Below, piece after piece: positions 1-15,650 of a stretch of 64,000 nucleotides of DNA. Position numbers and translations under genes: made by a program. This stretch comes from the human T2T-CHM13v2.0 reference genome, Homo sapiens: the NCBI RefSeq assembly GCF_009914755.1, contig NC_060925.1. One strand, given 5' to 3'. How positions within the stretch are numbered: the stretch's first letter is position 1; every line of letters starts with the position of its first letter. The notes under the pieces are model-generated. The model saw nothing but the letters and a program-made list of their open reading frames with translations. It did not search any database and was not told the DNA's origin.

Positions 1-1284
1 CATGCATCATTTGGGGTCCCTTACTTTTGCCTCTTGGATTTCCTACCCTCTTTGTGCCCCCAGTTAATCAAATGAGCAGGTGAGCAGGAAAGAGCTCCTT
101 AAAAGTAAGGTGTGGGTTTAAATCAAATCAGTCTTTTTTCCTATTGACGACTGCCCACAGAGCATAAAGAGTACTTGAGACTTGGAGAGAAAAGTCAAGG
201 AGGGAGCAGAAAGTGAGGCAGAACCATGGATTTTTTTCTCTTTATGTTTCTGTCCTTAATAAAATAGCAACACGAAGGCTTCTCAGATGATGAGTGGTTT
301 TCCTCTTCCAGTCCAGTCTAAGAATCAGGTTGAACAACTGCAGGCAGCTATGTAAGAAATAGTTTCCAAAATAATTTTCCATAGCTCTGCTGTGTTTGGG
401 TCAACCCTCAGGCTTCCTGACAATAGATTTGTTCTTGTTTCCTCCTGATACCTGGTGCAGTGCTTTGGTGATTGTGCTGAGAGGACATGAGTACCCGCCT
501 CTCAAACTCCCAGAGGTAAACTGGCATTATGAAGGAACAATAGCCCAAGTTTATGTTTGGAGGGAATATATTGAAGGATGCTATGTTTAATTTCACTGCT
601 TCCGTGAATGGTCTTCAAGATGAATAGCTTCAAGATTCCTATGATTTCTCATTTCTTTTTTCTTTAAATAGCATATCAGGGCCCCCAGTTCAGCCTAAAT
701 AGCGTTCATTTCAGCAATTCAGACCTGTCTGCGTGTGTGTCACAGAAAGGCGGGGCAAGGGTCACTTTGGAAGGGGATTTTGGTGGTGGGAGTCTATACC
801 CTGGAGTGGAGCCGGCTTGGGTACTTCAGACATCAGCGGGCTCCTCCCTTGGCTCCAGGTAAAAAGAAACTGTACACTGAAGCTGCAATAGCCAGTTTTC
901 AGAAGCTAGGGGAGATGTGAACAGCACAATCTGATGCCGGGGGAGAAAAGGTAGCTAAAGTGGGAAGGAGCAATATTCTGTCTGCTTCTGTGCTAATCCT
1001 GCAGCATTTGGGGGATCTTGAATTCTTCTGAGACTGTAACTATCTATATCTTTGGGGACATGGTGGCAGCAGCGTTGGCAGACATCAGCACCCTCATGGG
1101 GCAGAGTCCATGCGGGATCATGTGGGCACATGCAAAAGATTCCTGAGGATTCCTGATGAAACCTAAAGGAGAGATCTCACAGAGAGGGTGGAGGATGCAG
1201 GAGCCCATCGGACAGCAATGATCATTGTTAATGTGACCCTGTTTGGAAACTTAAGTGTAGAACAGGGAAAGCACACATTACAGG

Positions 1285-1455
1285 AGAATTATAAAATGTC
1301 AGTGCTGGGAAGGATCTTAGAGATTATCTAGTCAAATATCCCTCATGATACAGGTGATGATAGCAAGGCCCAAACAGGATAGGCTACCCACCCTTGCTTG
1401 ATGACCAGTTCACAACATAACCAGGGTAGAACATAGTTCTCTGGAGGCTCAGCCC
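1285..1455 (-). mobile_element. MIR/MIR3 SINE relic
   Basis: Contains gggaaggatcttagagattatctagtc followed by a degenerate MIR core. Confidence 0.55.
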
Positions 1456-3665
1456 ATGACACATGATGGACTCCTGACATTCTTCACATGTTTGTAGGGC
1501 ACTGAGGACTTCTGTTGTCTATGGGGAGAAAGTGTCTTCTAAGCACATACTACTTTGAGGGAAGTCCAGGGTGCCTTAAGTCAAATGGAACTTGGGCTAT
1601 GGGCTGGGGTATTCTGTCCAGGGTACTCTTTTGGGAAGCCTGTTAGGTGGAGCTTTGCTGGTATTTGCTCTAAGAAGGTGCAGCTTCAACTCTGGCTAGG
1701 TAAGGTCAGAAAGGGAAAGGAGGAGCCTCCTAGAAACAGCATCGGCTGGATCTTGGGAATTCAGTCTGCTTACCTGCCTCTGCTCATATCTTCACAGATT
1801 TTTTTCCCTCTCAAAAAACTGGATTCACCCACAGAGTCTGCCAGCACTGGAGCAGTAAAAGACACAATGTATGTGTCTGTGAGTTTTGTTTTGTTTTAAC
1901 CAAAATTCTCTCTGCTGCTATTTCAGCTCATTTATTCTTGATTTGGCCTGAGCAAATCTGAAGCCATGTGTTATTGTTATTTATATTTCTTCATGAAATT
2001 CGGTCATCCCTTAGCCTGCCCAAGGTGAAAGAGCCCAAGTTCTTCAACCATTGGCTCTTAGGAAGTTGGAACCAAAGTAATGGTTGTAATAATCTTGTAA
2101 TAGAATGTTCCAGAAACTCAGGAGAGGATACAACCTTCCAAACCTCAAGCATTCATTTTCAGCTATTCACCCTTATTACTGTACTAATAAAAACCTACTA
2201 AATTTATTCTACCCTAGAGTACTCAGGATATGAACTTAGCAAAGATTCATATTACATTTAAAAATTGATTTTAAAAATACACACACACACACATTTAGCT
2301 TTAAAAACACATATACAATACATTGAAAATACACTCAACAAAACTATAGCCTTTTCCTTTGGAAGGTCACTGATTGGATGGGGAAATTCTGATGTAGAAT
2401 AAATTAACAGTCATCTGACCCCATTTCAGGTTCATGCAGACACCCCCACCTCTCTGCACTTTGCTGCATTCTTGTGAATGGGCCCAAACTCACCCAGATG
2501 ACATCTTTCATATTCTTTCTTTCCCACTCACTCCCTGCCCCCCTCCAAACTTTACCCCCTCACATTCCTTCTGCATTTGGCTTCACAAGTGACCATGACA
2601 ATAGGCTGAGGGTGTTTTTAATTGTTTCTGGTGATGCTCTCCAGCATGGCCTCACGGGAAATCTTGCACCTGCAAAGCCAGAGCAGTCTGCCACAGAGGC
2701 CATGCTGACCACGTGGGAGACAGACCATGGGCCAGAATTTCACTCTGCAGTGACCCTGGGTAGGGGTTAGGGAGGGGATAAGTCTTTACCAGGCTTCTGG
2801 TCAAGCTCCATCCCCAACGGATGCCCATGACGCTCTGGGATCTGCTCAAAGGCAAAGCATTCTCTTGTGTCTGTCTATCCATTTGCACTCCTGGACTCCT
2901 GCCCTATCTCCCTCTAAACAGAGTCAATATGAAGAATGTCTCATTCTTTTCCCCAAAACCCTCAAGAGAAAGTTTGCTATAATAGAATTACCAGACACCA
3001 GTACCTGGAACACACAGGATGAGATGAAGTCAGCAAAATGAAATTCAACAGAGTTTGGAAAAATGTCCAGAGATTTAAAAAAGTTATGTGGCAAAGCTAT
3101 CATCAAAGGATTAAGGTTCAAGCATTGTGATGAAGGCAGATGAGGCGTTATCTGCCCCTGTGGTCTCACAATGAGTTGTGTGACTTCTCACACCACCTCA
3201 TGTCCTTCCAGAGAGATCACTGTCTGCAGCAGGGCCTAACACAGTTATGTCACTAATCCAGTTCCACAAGACTCAGGTGACCCAACGGACATGCCCCATG
3301 GCCATTTGCTACTCTATGCTAATCCAAAGAGACAACTTGTGGCTTGGGGGCAGTACAGATTTATGGATCTCTTACCTCTGACTTCCTACCCTGACCCTGA
3401 AGAACTGAGGTTTAGTCCTGTATACAGTTGTTTTGGTCAGAGATGTATCAGCCAGTAACAGGCAGGTGGAGTGGTTCTCTGAAGAAAAATCTCCACTGTT
3501 AGAGGAAGAAGTTTCCAACGCCAAGCATAAGGAATCTACAAGATGTGGAAGAAGCACTGAGCAATGTAGAAGTTTCCAGAATTGAGAAAGTGAAGGTTCA
3601 AGCAAGGGGTAAGACCGCCATTGTGAAGAGACAGTACAGCCACTGAGAAGAAAGTTGTGGGACTA

Positions 3666-3985
3666 GGCTGGGTGCAGTGGTTTGTGCCTATAATCCCAGC
3701 ACTTTGGAAGGCCAAGGCAGGAACATTGCTTGAGCCCAGGAGTTTGAGGCCAGTCTTGACAACATGTGAAATCTTGTCTCTACAAAACATAAACAAAATT
3801 AGCCGGGTGTGGTGGTACGCACCTGTGGTCCCAGCTTCTTGGGAGCCTGAGTGGGAGGACAGCTTGAGCCCCAGATGTTGAGATTGCATGCAGTGAGCCT
3901 AGAAGGAGCCACTGCGCTCCAGCCTGAGCATGAGATAAAGACCCCGGCTCTACAAAAAAAAACAAAAAAGAGAGAGAAGAACAAG
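3666..3985 (+). mobile_element. AluJ-type SINE
   Basis: Dimeric Alu with the J-type ttgagcccaggagtttgag motif and an A-rich tail. Degenerate TSD gaaagttgtgg / aaaagctgtgg. Confidence 0.93.
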
Positions 3986-4308
3986 AAAAGCTGTGGCACT
4001 TGAGGAAACACTACTCCTGCTTTGGAGAATAAGTGCCTAATTTGTTATCTCACTTCTAGACTCAGAGCTCTTGACATCAGGAACCTATGCTACCATTAAT
4101 ATGTAAATGTTGGGCGAATGTCTGGAACATAGTAGGTACTCAATAAATGTTTGCTAAGCTGATTAGAATCAAAATAAGCAAATCAAACTTAAAAACTAGT
4201 CAGTATAAAAATCAGGGTTCTCTGTAGGAACTCAGATTGCTGACCACCAAAATTTCTCTTACTTCCCTCTTGAATTAGTCTGACACTTGTTCAGGTTCTC
4301 TGAACAAG

Positions 4309-4512
4309 TAATGTTGTCTAATAAACTAGCTTCTAGACAGATGTGGCTATTTAAGTTAATTAAAATTAAATGAAATTGAAAATTCAGTTCCTCAGTCACA
4401 CTGGCCACCTTTCAAATGCACAATACCCTCATGTGGCTAGTGGCTACCACACTGAACAGCAGCAATTCTAGAACATTCCCATCACTGCACAACGTTCTAT
4501 TGGGCAGCACTG
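4309..4512 (-). mobile_element. MER3 (hAT-Charlie) non-autonomous DNA transposon
   Basis: Matches recalled MER3 motifs: atgtggctattt...aaattcagttcctcagtcacactggccac...catgtggctagtggctacc...ttctattgggcagcactg. Confidence 0.85.
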
Positions 4513-4718
4513 GTCTAGAGTGTCGAAGAGAGCCTTCACATCTGATTCAGCCTTCTGAAGAAAGACATTTTGGATTTAGGAGCACATGAAGAGAATGGGG
4601 AGTTTTTAGGGCATTCAGGCAGGTTTTATAAACTTCTTCCGCTGAAGCTCAACTCCTTCCTGGAAAAAGAGGAATGAGAAGGAAATGGAAAAAGGACAGA
4701 GCTGACAAACATTTTCTA

Positions 4719-5073
<355 letters not shown>

Positions 5074-5097
5074 TTAAAGGCTAAGAAACAAAATCAA

Positions 5098-5475
<378 letters not shown>

Positions 5476-5601
5476 TCAAAACTTTAGGAACACTGAAATT
5501 TGAATTTATATAATTTTCACATCATTAAATACTATAGTTGTTTTGATTATTTTCAACCATTTCAAAAGGTAAAAACCATTCAAAGCTCATGGGTTGCATC
5601 A

Positions 5602-6131
<530 letters not shown>

Positions 6132-6475
6132 TCAAGATAGAGATGATTCTGCTTTCTCAATCCAATGTAAGTTCTTTAGAGAGAGGAGCCACTGAGACCT
6201 AAAGAAACAAAAGAATCGTCCCCTCAGTCATTCAAACCTGCTACTGAAGCTATGGGACTTCTCAGAAGAATCCTCAAAGATAAGACCAGCGTGGGATGGC
6301 CATAGGCCCCCACAAGCTGTGATGCTAGAGAGAGTGACTATTTTCCCTGATTTCACAGCCAGCCACCTGCTTAGCCTGAAAGGAATACCCAGAGGGAGTC
6401 AAAGGAAGGTGATGGAGTTGGGAGAAAGAAGGCAGAACTTGGGCCACATCTGCATGGGGAAAAAAAAGAGAGGAA

Positions 6476-6790
<315 letters not shown>

Positions 6791-7199
6791 ATTCCCGGAG
6801 AAGGGTGATATACAAATGTGAGAGAGAGAAGAGGTGAAGAAGTTAAGGCAACTTTTAGGCAGGTGCAAGAATTGAGGAGCACTGTTTAAAGAGCATTCGC
6901 TAGGAGTTAGGCTGCCAAGATGTTCTTTGTCTTGACCCTATATATAGTTCACATCATTTTAGTACCATCTTTCCCCATATTTAAAAAAGAGATAATGATA
7001 CTTCTTATATTTGCAAAAAAAAAAAAAAAAAAACAAGTGAACTTCTTTGGAAGGTTAATAAATCTTTCACATTGGTTTAGTTTGTAACCCAATTTTTTCC
7101 ATTTTTCCCACTCCTGTTCCCCTATGAAGTCATTTAAATCTTCACACCAAAATGGAATTGCAGCTGCCTTCTCTGAGCACTCGGGGTAACTGCATGTAC

Positions 7200-7487
7200 T
7201 TTTCTTCTTAAGTTTTATTTTAGGTTCAGGGGTACATGTGAAGGTTTGTTATATAACTAAACTCGTGGCATGGGGGTTTGTTGTACAGGTTATTTCACCA
7301 CCCAGTATTAAACCCTGTACCCGATAGTTATCTTTTCCGCTCCTCTCCCTCCTCCCACCCTCCACCCTCTAGTAGACCCCAGTGTCTATTGTTCCCCTCT
7401 TTGCGTTCATGAATTCTCATCATTTAGCTCCTAATTATTAGTGAGAACATGAGGTGTTTGGTTTTCTGTTCCTGCGTTAGTTTGCTA
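7200..7487 (-). mobile_element. L1PA (older primate L1) 3' end fragment
   Basis: Antisense L1 3'UTR: ggttcaggggtacatgtgaaggtttgtta...gtgagaacatgaggtgtttggttttctgttcctgcgttagtttgcta. Confidence 0.9.
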
Positions 7488-7645
7488 TTTCCAGTGCTTT
7501 TCTGTGTCTGCCTTCCCCACAAAACTGGAAACTCCCCCAGGGTGGCCACGGCATCTCATTCCTCCCCGCAACCCCGGGCCCTTGCTGGGTTAGGTTCTGG
7601 GATTTAGTAAGCAGTGAAATGTTTGCTAAAGGAATGAATGAACCC
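7488..7645 (+). mobile_element. L2 3' end relic
   Basis: Ends in the L2-like terminus aaatgtttgctaaaggaatgaatgaa. Confidence 0.5.
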
Positions 7646-8242
7646 CTGGGCATTCCATTTATTACCTCAAGGTATCCCCTCACTAAAGCTTTGAGTTAGA
7701 TAATACTTTGGGAAAACAACAGGGAGTGAATGATGAGGACTGTCTGAATATATGTCCTGCTTAAAGCATTTTTTTTTTAAATCTTAAAATACAACTGTAA
7801 ACAAAATTTCAACCTATGAACTTCTAGGTTATAACTTCTGAAAGGTAGGTACTGTCATTCCCATTTACCAAGCGAGAAACCTAAGACTAACTTTCTTGCA
7901 GTCACATTGAAAGTTTCTGACTCAGAACAAGCATCCTGGCTTTTAGTCTTAGCTCACAGATTTCCTCTCAAAAGTGTGGCTCTTTTATGAGCGCTTAGCT
8001 GTGAGAGAATGAGCAGTCAGTCGGTGGTAAGAACAAGTAATTCATGAACCTTTCCAGAGGATCAGTAAACAGACCTTCGCCGCCGCCCCTGCCTTCCTGC
8101 ACTCCGCCCTTTGACAATGTTTGCGTCCCATCCTAAGGTCTCCAGGGTGGAACCTGCCCAGATGGTGTGAGAGGAGGAGCTTAGTTAAGCAAGAGGCATG
8201 TATAATGAAGCTTCGAGTGAACTAGCTAAGAAGAAACATGCA

Positions 8243-8573
<331 letters not shown>

Positions 8574-9771
8574 CTATAGAAGTTGTTTGGCATTTCCTAG
8601 GTTGGAGAGGGATGGGGTGGAGACCTAGAACTATCATCGTCATAGCTGGTCAGTCCTTGGCTTCACTCCACAGGATTTATCCTTTTTACTGAGGCTGTCC
8701 TATCTCCTTGGTACACCTATTAGTCTAGTGGGGACCAGTAGTTCATGTTCCTACATATTTATGCAGGATTAGCAAACTGGTGTGTGTCATTGTCATTAAC
8801 ATCATCATCTCCATCATCACCACCACCACCATTGCCACCATGCCCAGCACCTCATAGTTTACCAAGTGTTTTCGTATTCACCTTCTCACTCTGTGCTGAC
8901 AACAGCCCTTTGTGGACAGCTCTGTTGTTGTGATCATGTGTACTAAAATCACTGGCTTTTCCTTGGGCCTTCAAATGAGTATTTTCATAGTATGAGAGTA
9001 GAGATAGGGTCAGAAAAAGTACTATTAAATAACCTAGGAGAGAAGAACCCTTTATAATACTTTGCCTTTGTGAGTCACTTGGTGGGGGTCACCTATTTAG
9101 CACTTCTGCTAGTTTTTTGCTACTAAGGATGCTAACCAAAATAAAAATAAGGACATTAAGAAGATAGATTATAATAACCAGAGTAATTTCCCAAATTCTC
9201 CTTTTGAAAAACAAGACTAAGGCCCACTGAGTCAAGTCATATGTGGAATGAAAATGTAATGAAATAATAGTAAATAATAATAGTACTATATATAAATGTT
9301 TAGCTCTTTGAAAAGTGCTTTTGTCTAATTTGGCCTCACAACTACTTTCAAGTTATTAAAATAATCATTATCTCCATTTTAAAGATAAAAAAGAATTTCA
9401 GTTAAATAACTCATTGATGTAAGAAACAGAACAAAGCTCTAATAGGAAATTTTCTTGCCCATTTAAGAAACTCAAATCAAAGAAATTTTTAAAACAATAT
9501 CCTTACTTTTACAGTCTATTAATAAACAATTTGACATTAATGCTTGAAATGTGGATTTTATACAATAGTGTGTGTTGAAAGGTTCACAGGATCTTTGTTG
9601 AATATAGAGACTCACGGGGTATCATTGAAAATATGCCTTCATTTATCTGGTTTCTGTAGAGCCTGTTTCTGGTGGTTTTTGTATCTTTGCCTCCCACCTC
9701 ATCCCCAGTCACAACAAGTGTATTTTCTTCTATGGGGACAGGAATCACCTAGTAATAGGTAAAGGTCTGGT

Positions 9772-9836
9772 TCAGTGGTTTCCCACCTAGACTGCACATT
9801 AAATTTTCTGTGGGCTTTTTAAAAAGACAGAAACCT
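9772..9836. mobile_element. MER5A left part (interrupted by L1)
   Basis: MER5-type end cagtggtttcccacctagactgcacatta. The remainder lies at 12863-12991. Confidence 0.6.
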
Positions 9837-10563
9837 TCTAGTAACCAGAACAGCATGGTCCTGGCATAAAAACAGACACATAGACCAATGGAACAGAATA
9901 GAGAACCCAGAAATAAATCCATGCACTTACAGCCAACTCATTTTTGACAAAAACCCCAAGAACATTGGAGAAAGAATGGCCTCATTAATAAATGGTTTTG
10001 GGAAAACTGGATATCCATATGCAGAATAATGAAACTAGATCCTCATTTTTACCATATACAAAAATCAACTCAAAATGGATTAAAGACTTAAGTGTAAGAC
10101 CTTAAACTATAAAACAACTAAAAGAAAAACACTGGGGAGATGGTACAGGACATCGGTTTGAGCAAAGATTTATCTGCATAAGGCCTCAGAAGCACAGGCA
10201 ATAAAAGCAAAAATGGCCAAATGAGATTACATCAAGCTAAAAAGCTTCTGCACAACAATGGAAACAATCAACAAAGCAAAAAGACAACCTACAGAATGGG
10301 AGAAAAATATTTGTAAACTATCCACCCGACAAGGGATTTGTAACCAGAATATAGAAGGAACTCAAACAACTCAATAGCAAAAGACAAATAATCCAATTTG
10401 AAAATGGGCAAAAGACCTGAATAGACATTTCTCAAAAGAAGATATACAAATGGCCAACAGGTATAATGCCCAACATCAATCATTAGGGAAATGCAAATCA
10501 AAACCACAATGAGATATAATTTCATTCCAGTTAGAATGGCTATTATCAAAAAGACAAAAAATA

Positions 10564-11045
<482 letters not shown>

Positions 11046-11833
11046 GAAACAGTGGCAAATGCTGGTAAGGATGTGGAGAAAGAGGAACCCTTGTACGCTG
11101 TTGGTGGGAATGTGTGGTAATATAGCCATATAGAAAACAGTATGGAGATTTCTCAAAAAACTAAAAATAGAATTACCATATGATTCAGGAATCCCACTGC
11201 TGGGTATATATCCAAAAGAATGGAAATCAGTATATCAAAGTCATATGTGCACTCCCATATTTATTGCAGCACTATTCACAAGAGCCAAGATATGGAATCA
11301 ACCTGTGTCCATCAATGGATAAATGGATAAAGAAAATATGGCATATATGCACAAGGAAATATTATTCAGCCATAAAAAAGAATGAAATCCTGTCACTTGC
11401 AGCAACACAGATGGAACTGGAAGTCATTATGTTATGCAAAATAAGCCAGGCACAGAAAGACAAATACTGCATATTTTCATTCATATGTAAGGGCTAAAAA
11501 AGTGGATCTGATAGAGGTAGAGAGTAGAATCATGGTTACCGGAGGCTGGAAAGGAAAGTAGGGAGGGGAAATAAAGAGAAGATGGTTAAGGGGTACAAAT
11601 ATACAATTATGAGGAATAACTTCTGGTACTTGATAGTACAGTAGAGAGATTATAGTTAACTATAATTTATTACATATTTCAAAATAGAAGAATTATAATG
11701 GTCCCAACCCAAAGAAAAGATAACTATTTGAGTGATAGACATCCCAAATACCCTGATTTGCTCATTATACATTGTGTACAGGTATCAGAATATCACATGG
11801 TCCCCAAAATTACATGTACAACGATTCAACTAT

Positions 11834-12838
11834 TGTTATAGCAGTAGGTAGTTAGGCAGACATGAGAAGGGCAGGACAAGGTGCCCCCTCACTTCCCCCT
11901 GCACCAGGAATGTCAGGTGACCATCAGTTGATGGTCAGGTGGTGGCTAAATCAATAATAATTGGTTGCAGCTAGTGTCTCCCAATAGACAGAAAACACCT
12001 GAAACTGGTGAGCAGCAGCTTCCTGATAAGATCTCAGGAGGTGGGCGAGTGGGCTCAAGCATGCACACTCAGGGGCAAAATGGCAGAGTTTAACTGGTAT
12101 ATGACCTTCTAGAACACCCAACTGGTAAGGGAAGAGAGCCTCGAGTGAGCACATGCACAACGCCAGTAAACACACTGTGCATGTGGCCCCTCCCAAGTGC
12201 TAGCAGGCCACTGCACATGCGGACAGCCCACCCCAAGGGAAGAATCAGAAGAGATGTAACACAACCCGGAAAGCCTGCCAACATACATAACACCAAGTTG
12301 AAGGTCAAACTGCGCACTTGATCTCTCAAGTCACCCAATTGGCCCTCTTCCAAGTGTACTGTATTTTCTTCATTCCTGCTCTAAAACTTTTTGATAAACT
12401 TTCACTCCCTCTGTATAACTTGCCTGGGTCTCTCCTTCTGCCTTATGCCCCTGGGTTGAATTCTTTTTTCTGAGGAGGCAAGAACTGAGGTTGCTGGCCA
12501 GGCGCAGTGGCTCACACCTGTAATCCCAGCACTTTGGGAAGCGGAGGCAGGTGGATCACAAGGTCAGGAGTTCAAGACTAGCCTGACCAAGATGGTGAAA
12601 CCCTGTCTCTACTAAAAATACAAAAATTAGCCGGGCGTGGTGGCGGGCGCCTGTAATCCCAGCTACTCAGGAGGCTGAGTCAGGGAATTGCTTGAACCTG
12701 GGAGGCGGAGGTTGCAGTGAGCTGAGACAGTGCCACTGCCCTCCAGCCTGGGCAACAGAGTGAGACTCCATCTCAAAAAAAAAAAGAAAAGAAAAAGAAT
12801 TGAGGTTGCTGCAGATCTGTATGGATCTGCTGCTAACA
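11834..12838 (+). mobile_element. MER50 solo LTR (ERV1) containing an Alu
   Basis: Termini TGTTA...TAACA with a perfect 4 bp TSD ctat (11830-11833 / 12839-12842). Internal gtaggtagttaggcagacatgag and gataagatctcaggag match recalled MER50. Confidence 0.88.
12496..12794 (+). mobile_element. AluSg-like inserted in MER50
   Basis: ggatcacaaggtcaggagttc motif. TSD aagaa(c/t)tgaggttgct (12480-12495 / 12795-12810). Confidence 0.96.
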
Positions 12839-12862
12839 CTATTATTTATCAATCAAAAAACA

Positions 12863-12991
12863 AAACATAGATGCCTAGCTCCTCTCTCAACAGCAATTTA
12901 ATCTGAATCGCAGGGAATAGAGGCCAGGTGTTTGTGCCTTTTAAATCTCCCCAAGTGTTTCTTATATAAAGTAAAGGCTGAAAACCACAGA
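12863..12991. mobile_element. MER5A right part
   Basis: MER5-type end ttttaaatctccccaagtgtttcttatataaagtaaaggctgaaaaccac. Confidence 0.6.
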
Positions 12992-13420
12992 TAACAATTT
13001 TACCTTATAGTATTACTTTAAATATTACTACTGTCATCATGATCATGATTCTTGCCTGTTTGTTTGCCAGTTTAATTTTATAAGAATTAATGGCAACAAG
13101 GGCATCATCCTCCAGTATGAGCCCTTTTTTATATTATGCTTTCCCGGTAGCTTGGTGATGTTGAGGCAGCTGCAGAACCAGAAGAGGAAAGGGTCAGGGC
13201 TTTCCTAGGCCAGTCTTTCCATGATAAAGAAATGGCGCTTGTCGATTAAATAAATTTCTTGAAAGATCTCCGCATAGTTTTTCATTCTCCCTTAATCTGA
13301 CTGTGAGCTAAATTGCAATCTGAAATATTTAAGTTATATCACCAATCAAGTGGCTAATTGAGAAATCTCCTTCTCCTTCTCCCTGCAAAGCTCAACCAGA
13401 CTGTTATAAATGCAAAGTTA

Positions 13421-13734
13421 GTCCAGGCACAGTGGCTCACGCCTGTAATCCCAGCACTTTGGGAGGCCAAGGTGGATGAATCACTTGAGGACAGGAGTTC
13501 AAGACCAGACTCACCAACATGGTGAAACCCCCATCTCTACTAAAAATACAAAAATTAGCTAGGTGTGGTGGCAGGCGCCTGTAATCCCAGTTACTTGGGA
13601 GGCTGAGGCACAAGAATCCCTTGAACTGGGAGCAGGAGGCTGCGGTGAGCTGAGATCACACCACTGCACTCCAGCCTGGGCAACAGAGTGAGTCTCCATC
13701 TAAAAAGATAATAATTACAATTAAAAATGAATAA
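13421..13734 (+). mobile_element. AluS
   Basis: Full dimer. TSD ataaatgcaaa(g/t)tta. Confidence 0.95.
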
Positions 13735-14139
13735 ATAAATGCAAATTTAAACCTACTTGCCACATGCCCCTAAATATGTTTGCATTAGATCTGTATTATT
13801 CTTAACTAATTCTGGTATAGAAAATGACAGGGCCTTGTTCAGGCTTCTCAGAAGTCTGTGCCAGGAGGGGCCCTAACCCAGAGCTGGAGATAGAGTTTCA
13901 GAAAGTATCTGTGACATGTTCTCTATATAAGCTATGGACTCTAGGCCATCGTGGCCCATCAGCTCCCTAGAAAGAGAGAGTGGGCCACCTAACCCTATGA
14001 GGGGCACTCTGAGTACAGCAAGGGCCCCAGAGAGGAGACAGGCCAGTCCGGGGGCTAAGGGAAGCTGCCCCAGGGGGCAAAGGTCATTTTTTGGAAAATA
14101 AAATCCCAAACCTCTGACTGAGTTATACTCCAGTACACA

Positions 14140-15025
14140 ATTCTATATATATTCTAACCTTGAACCACTTCTCTTTCCAGACAAAGTGGATAGGCATGTG
14201 CATTGTTCAAAGCTCTGTTCACTGGGAAGATTTTCTCTTACCCCTGTCTTTTTCAAGGTCAGGCCTGAGTGACACTAAGTGCGGCTGTCATCAACATTCA
14301 ACTTGCGCACGAGTACCAAGCCAACCCATCCATAAAGCAAGCTTGGGCTTTTTGATCCTCCTTTAGCTGTTGGTTAAGAATTGCCCATATAGCCATGGGT
14401 GTTAGAAGAGGGATGGGTGCCAGTGTAACAGTGGTGGGTGCCAGGAGTCTGAGCTCTCGGCTGTGTAGCCTGCTGTGCCCTCTTCCTGCTTTGCTCAGTT
14501 CCAAGTGTATACCACTTCTATTGTATAATGAATTTTGCTGGGCCCATCTGACCTTATGACTGACGGATATGACAGGACCCAGTTCAAGAAGAGTAGTTCT
14601 GACCAGGTGCAGTAACTCACACCTGTAATCCCACACTGTGGGAGGCCAAGGCGGGAGGATCCATTGAGCCCAGGAGCTAGAGACCAGCCTGGGCAACATA
14701 GTGAGACTCTGTCTCTAAAAAAAAAAAATAATAAATTAGCCAGGGATGGTTGTGTGTGCCTATAGTCCCAGCTAGGCTGAGGTGGGAGGATCGCTTTAGC
14801 CCAGGAGGTCAAGGCTGCAGTGAGTGGTGACTGTGCCACTGCACTTCAGCCTGGGTGACAGAGTGAGACCCCCATCTCAGAAAAAAAAAAAAAAGAGCAG
14901 TTCTGATGTGTCACATGGGCAGGCATTCTGCTTCTATCATAGTTTCTAGCCCAGTACCATGTCTGGAGTTATTTTTTTTAAAGGCACATGTTTCATCAGC
15001 ATATTGCATGGTTTTGATCCACGCT
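14140..15025 (-). pseudogene. ERVL-class endogenous retrovirus pol relic (RT connection/RNase H region), interrupted by an Alu
   Basis: Minus-strand translations give [21 protein letters not shown]...QLKEDQKAQACFMDGLAWY and KSSQ*TEL*TMHMPIHFVWKEKW.VRIY. These resemble recalled HERVL pol motifs (HKVGHAQQHS, QLTEEEKTRAWFTDGSA, KSSQWAELRAVH...WKEKW). Stops and frameshifts are present. Confidence 0.82.
14601..14892 (+). mobile_element. AluJ inserted in the ERVL relic
   Basis: J-type arms. TSD aagag(t/c)agttct. Confidence 0.95.
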
Positions 15026-15314
15026 GGAAAGTGAGAACGGTAAAACTGGGTTAATTTACCTCACGGGAGTCATCATAAGGATCAGAGTAGATAAGGCTGG
15101 TGAAAGTATTATACCATCACAACATTATTGTTGCAGAAAAGATTGTTACTTTGGATGTTGCTTGGAAATACATTCGCGGTGAGCAGAGACTTAATTTTTT
15201 TTTATTCTAGCCTTTTGATGACTATGGTATTACTTATAAAAGGATTTTATCTCAAGCAAAACAAAAAAGCAATGTTTAACAATAGCTCTAGTTGAAGATA
15301 CTGCTTAGAATCTA

Positions 15315-15650
<336 letters not shown>

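Noticed and set aside
14298-14699. ERVL pol-like ORF as a domesticated gene
   Set aside because: It starts inside an Alu, and the surrounding pol homology has frameshifts and stops.
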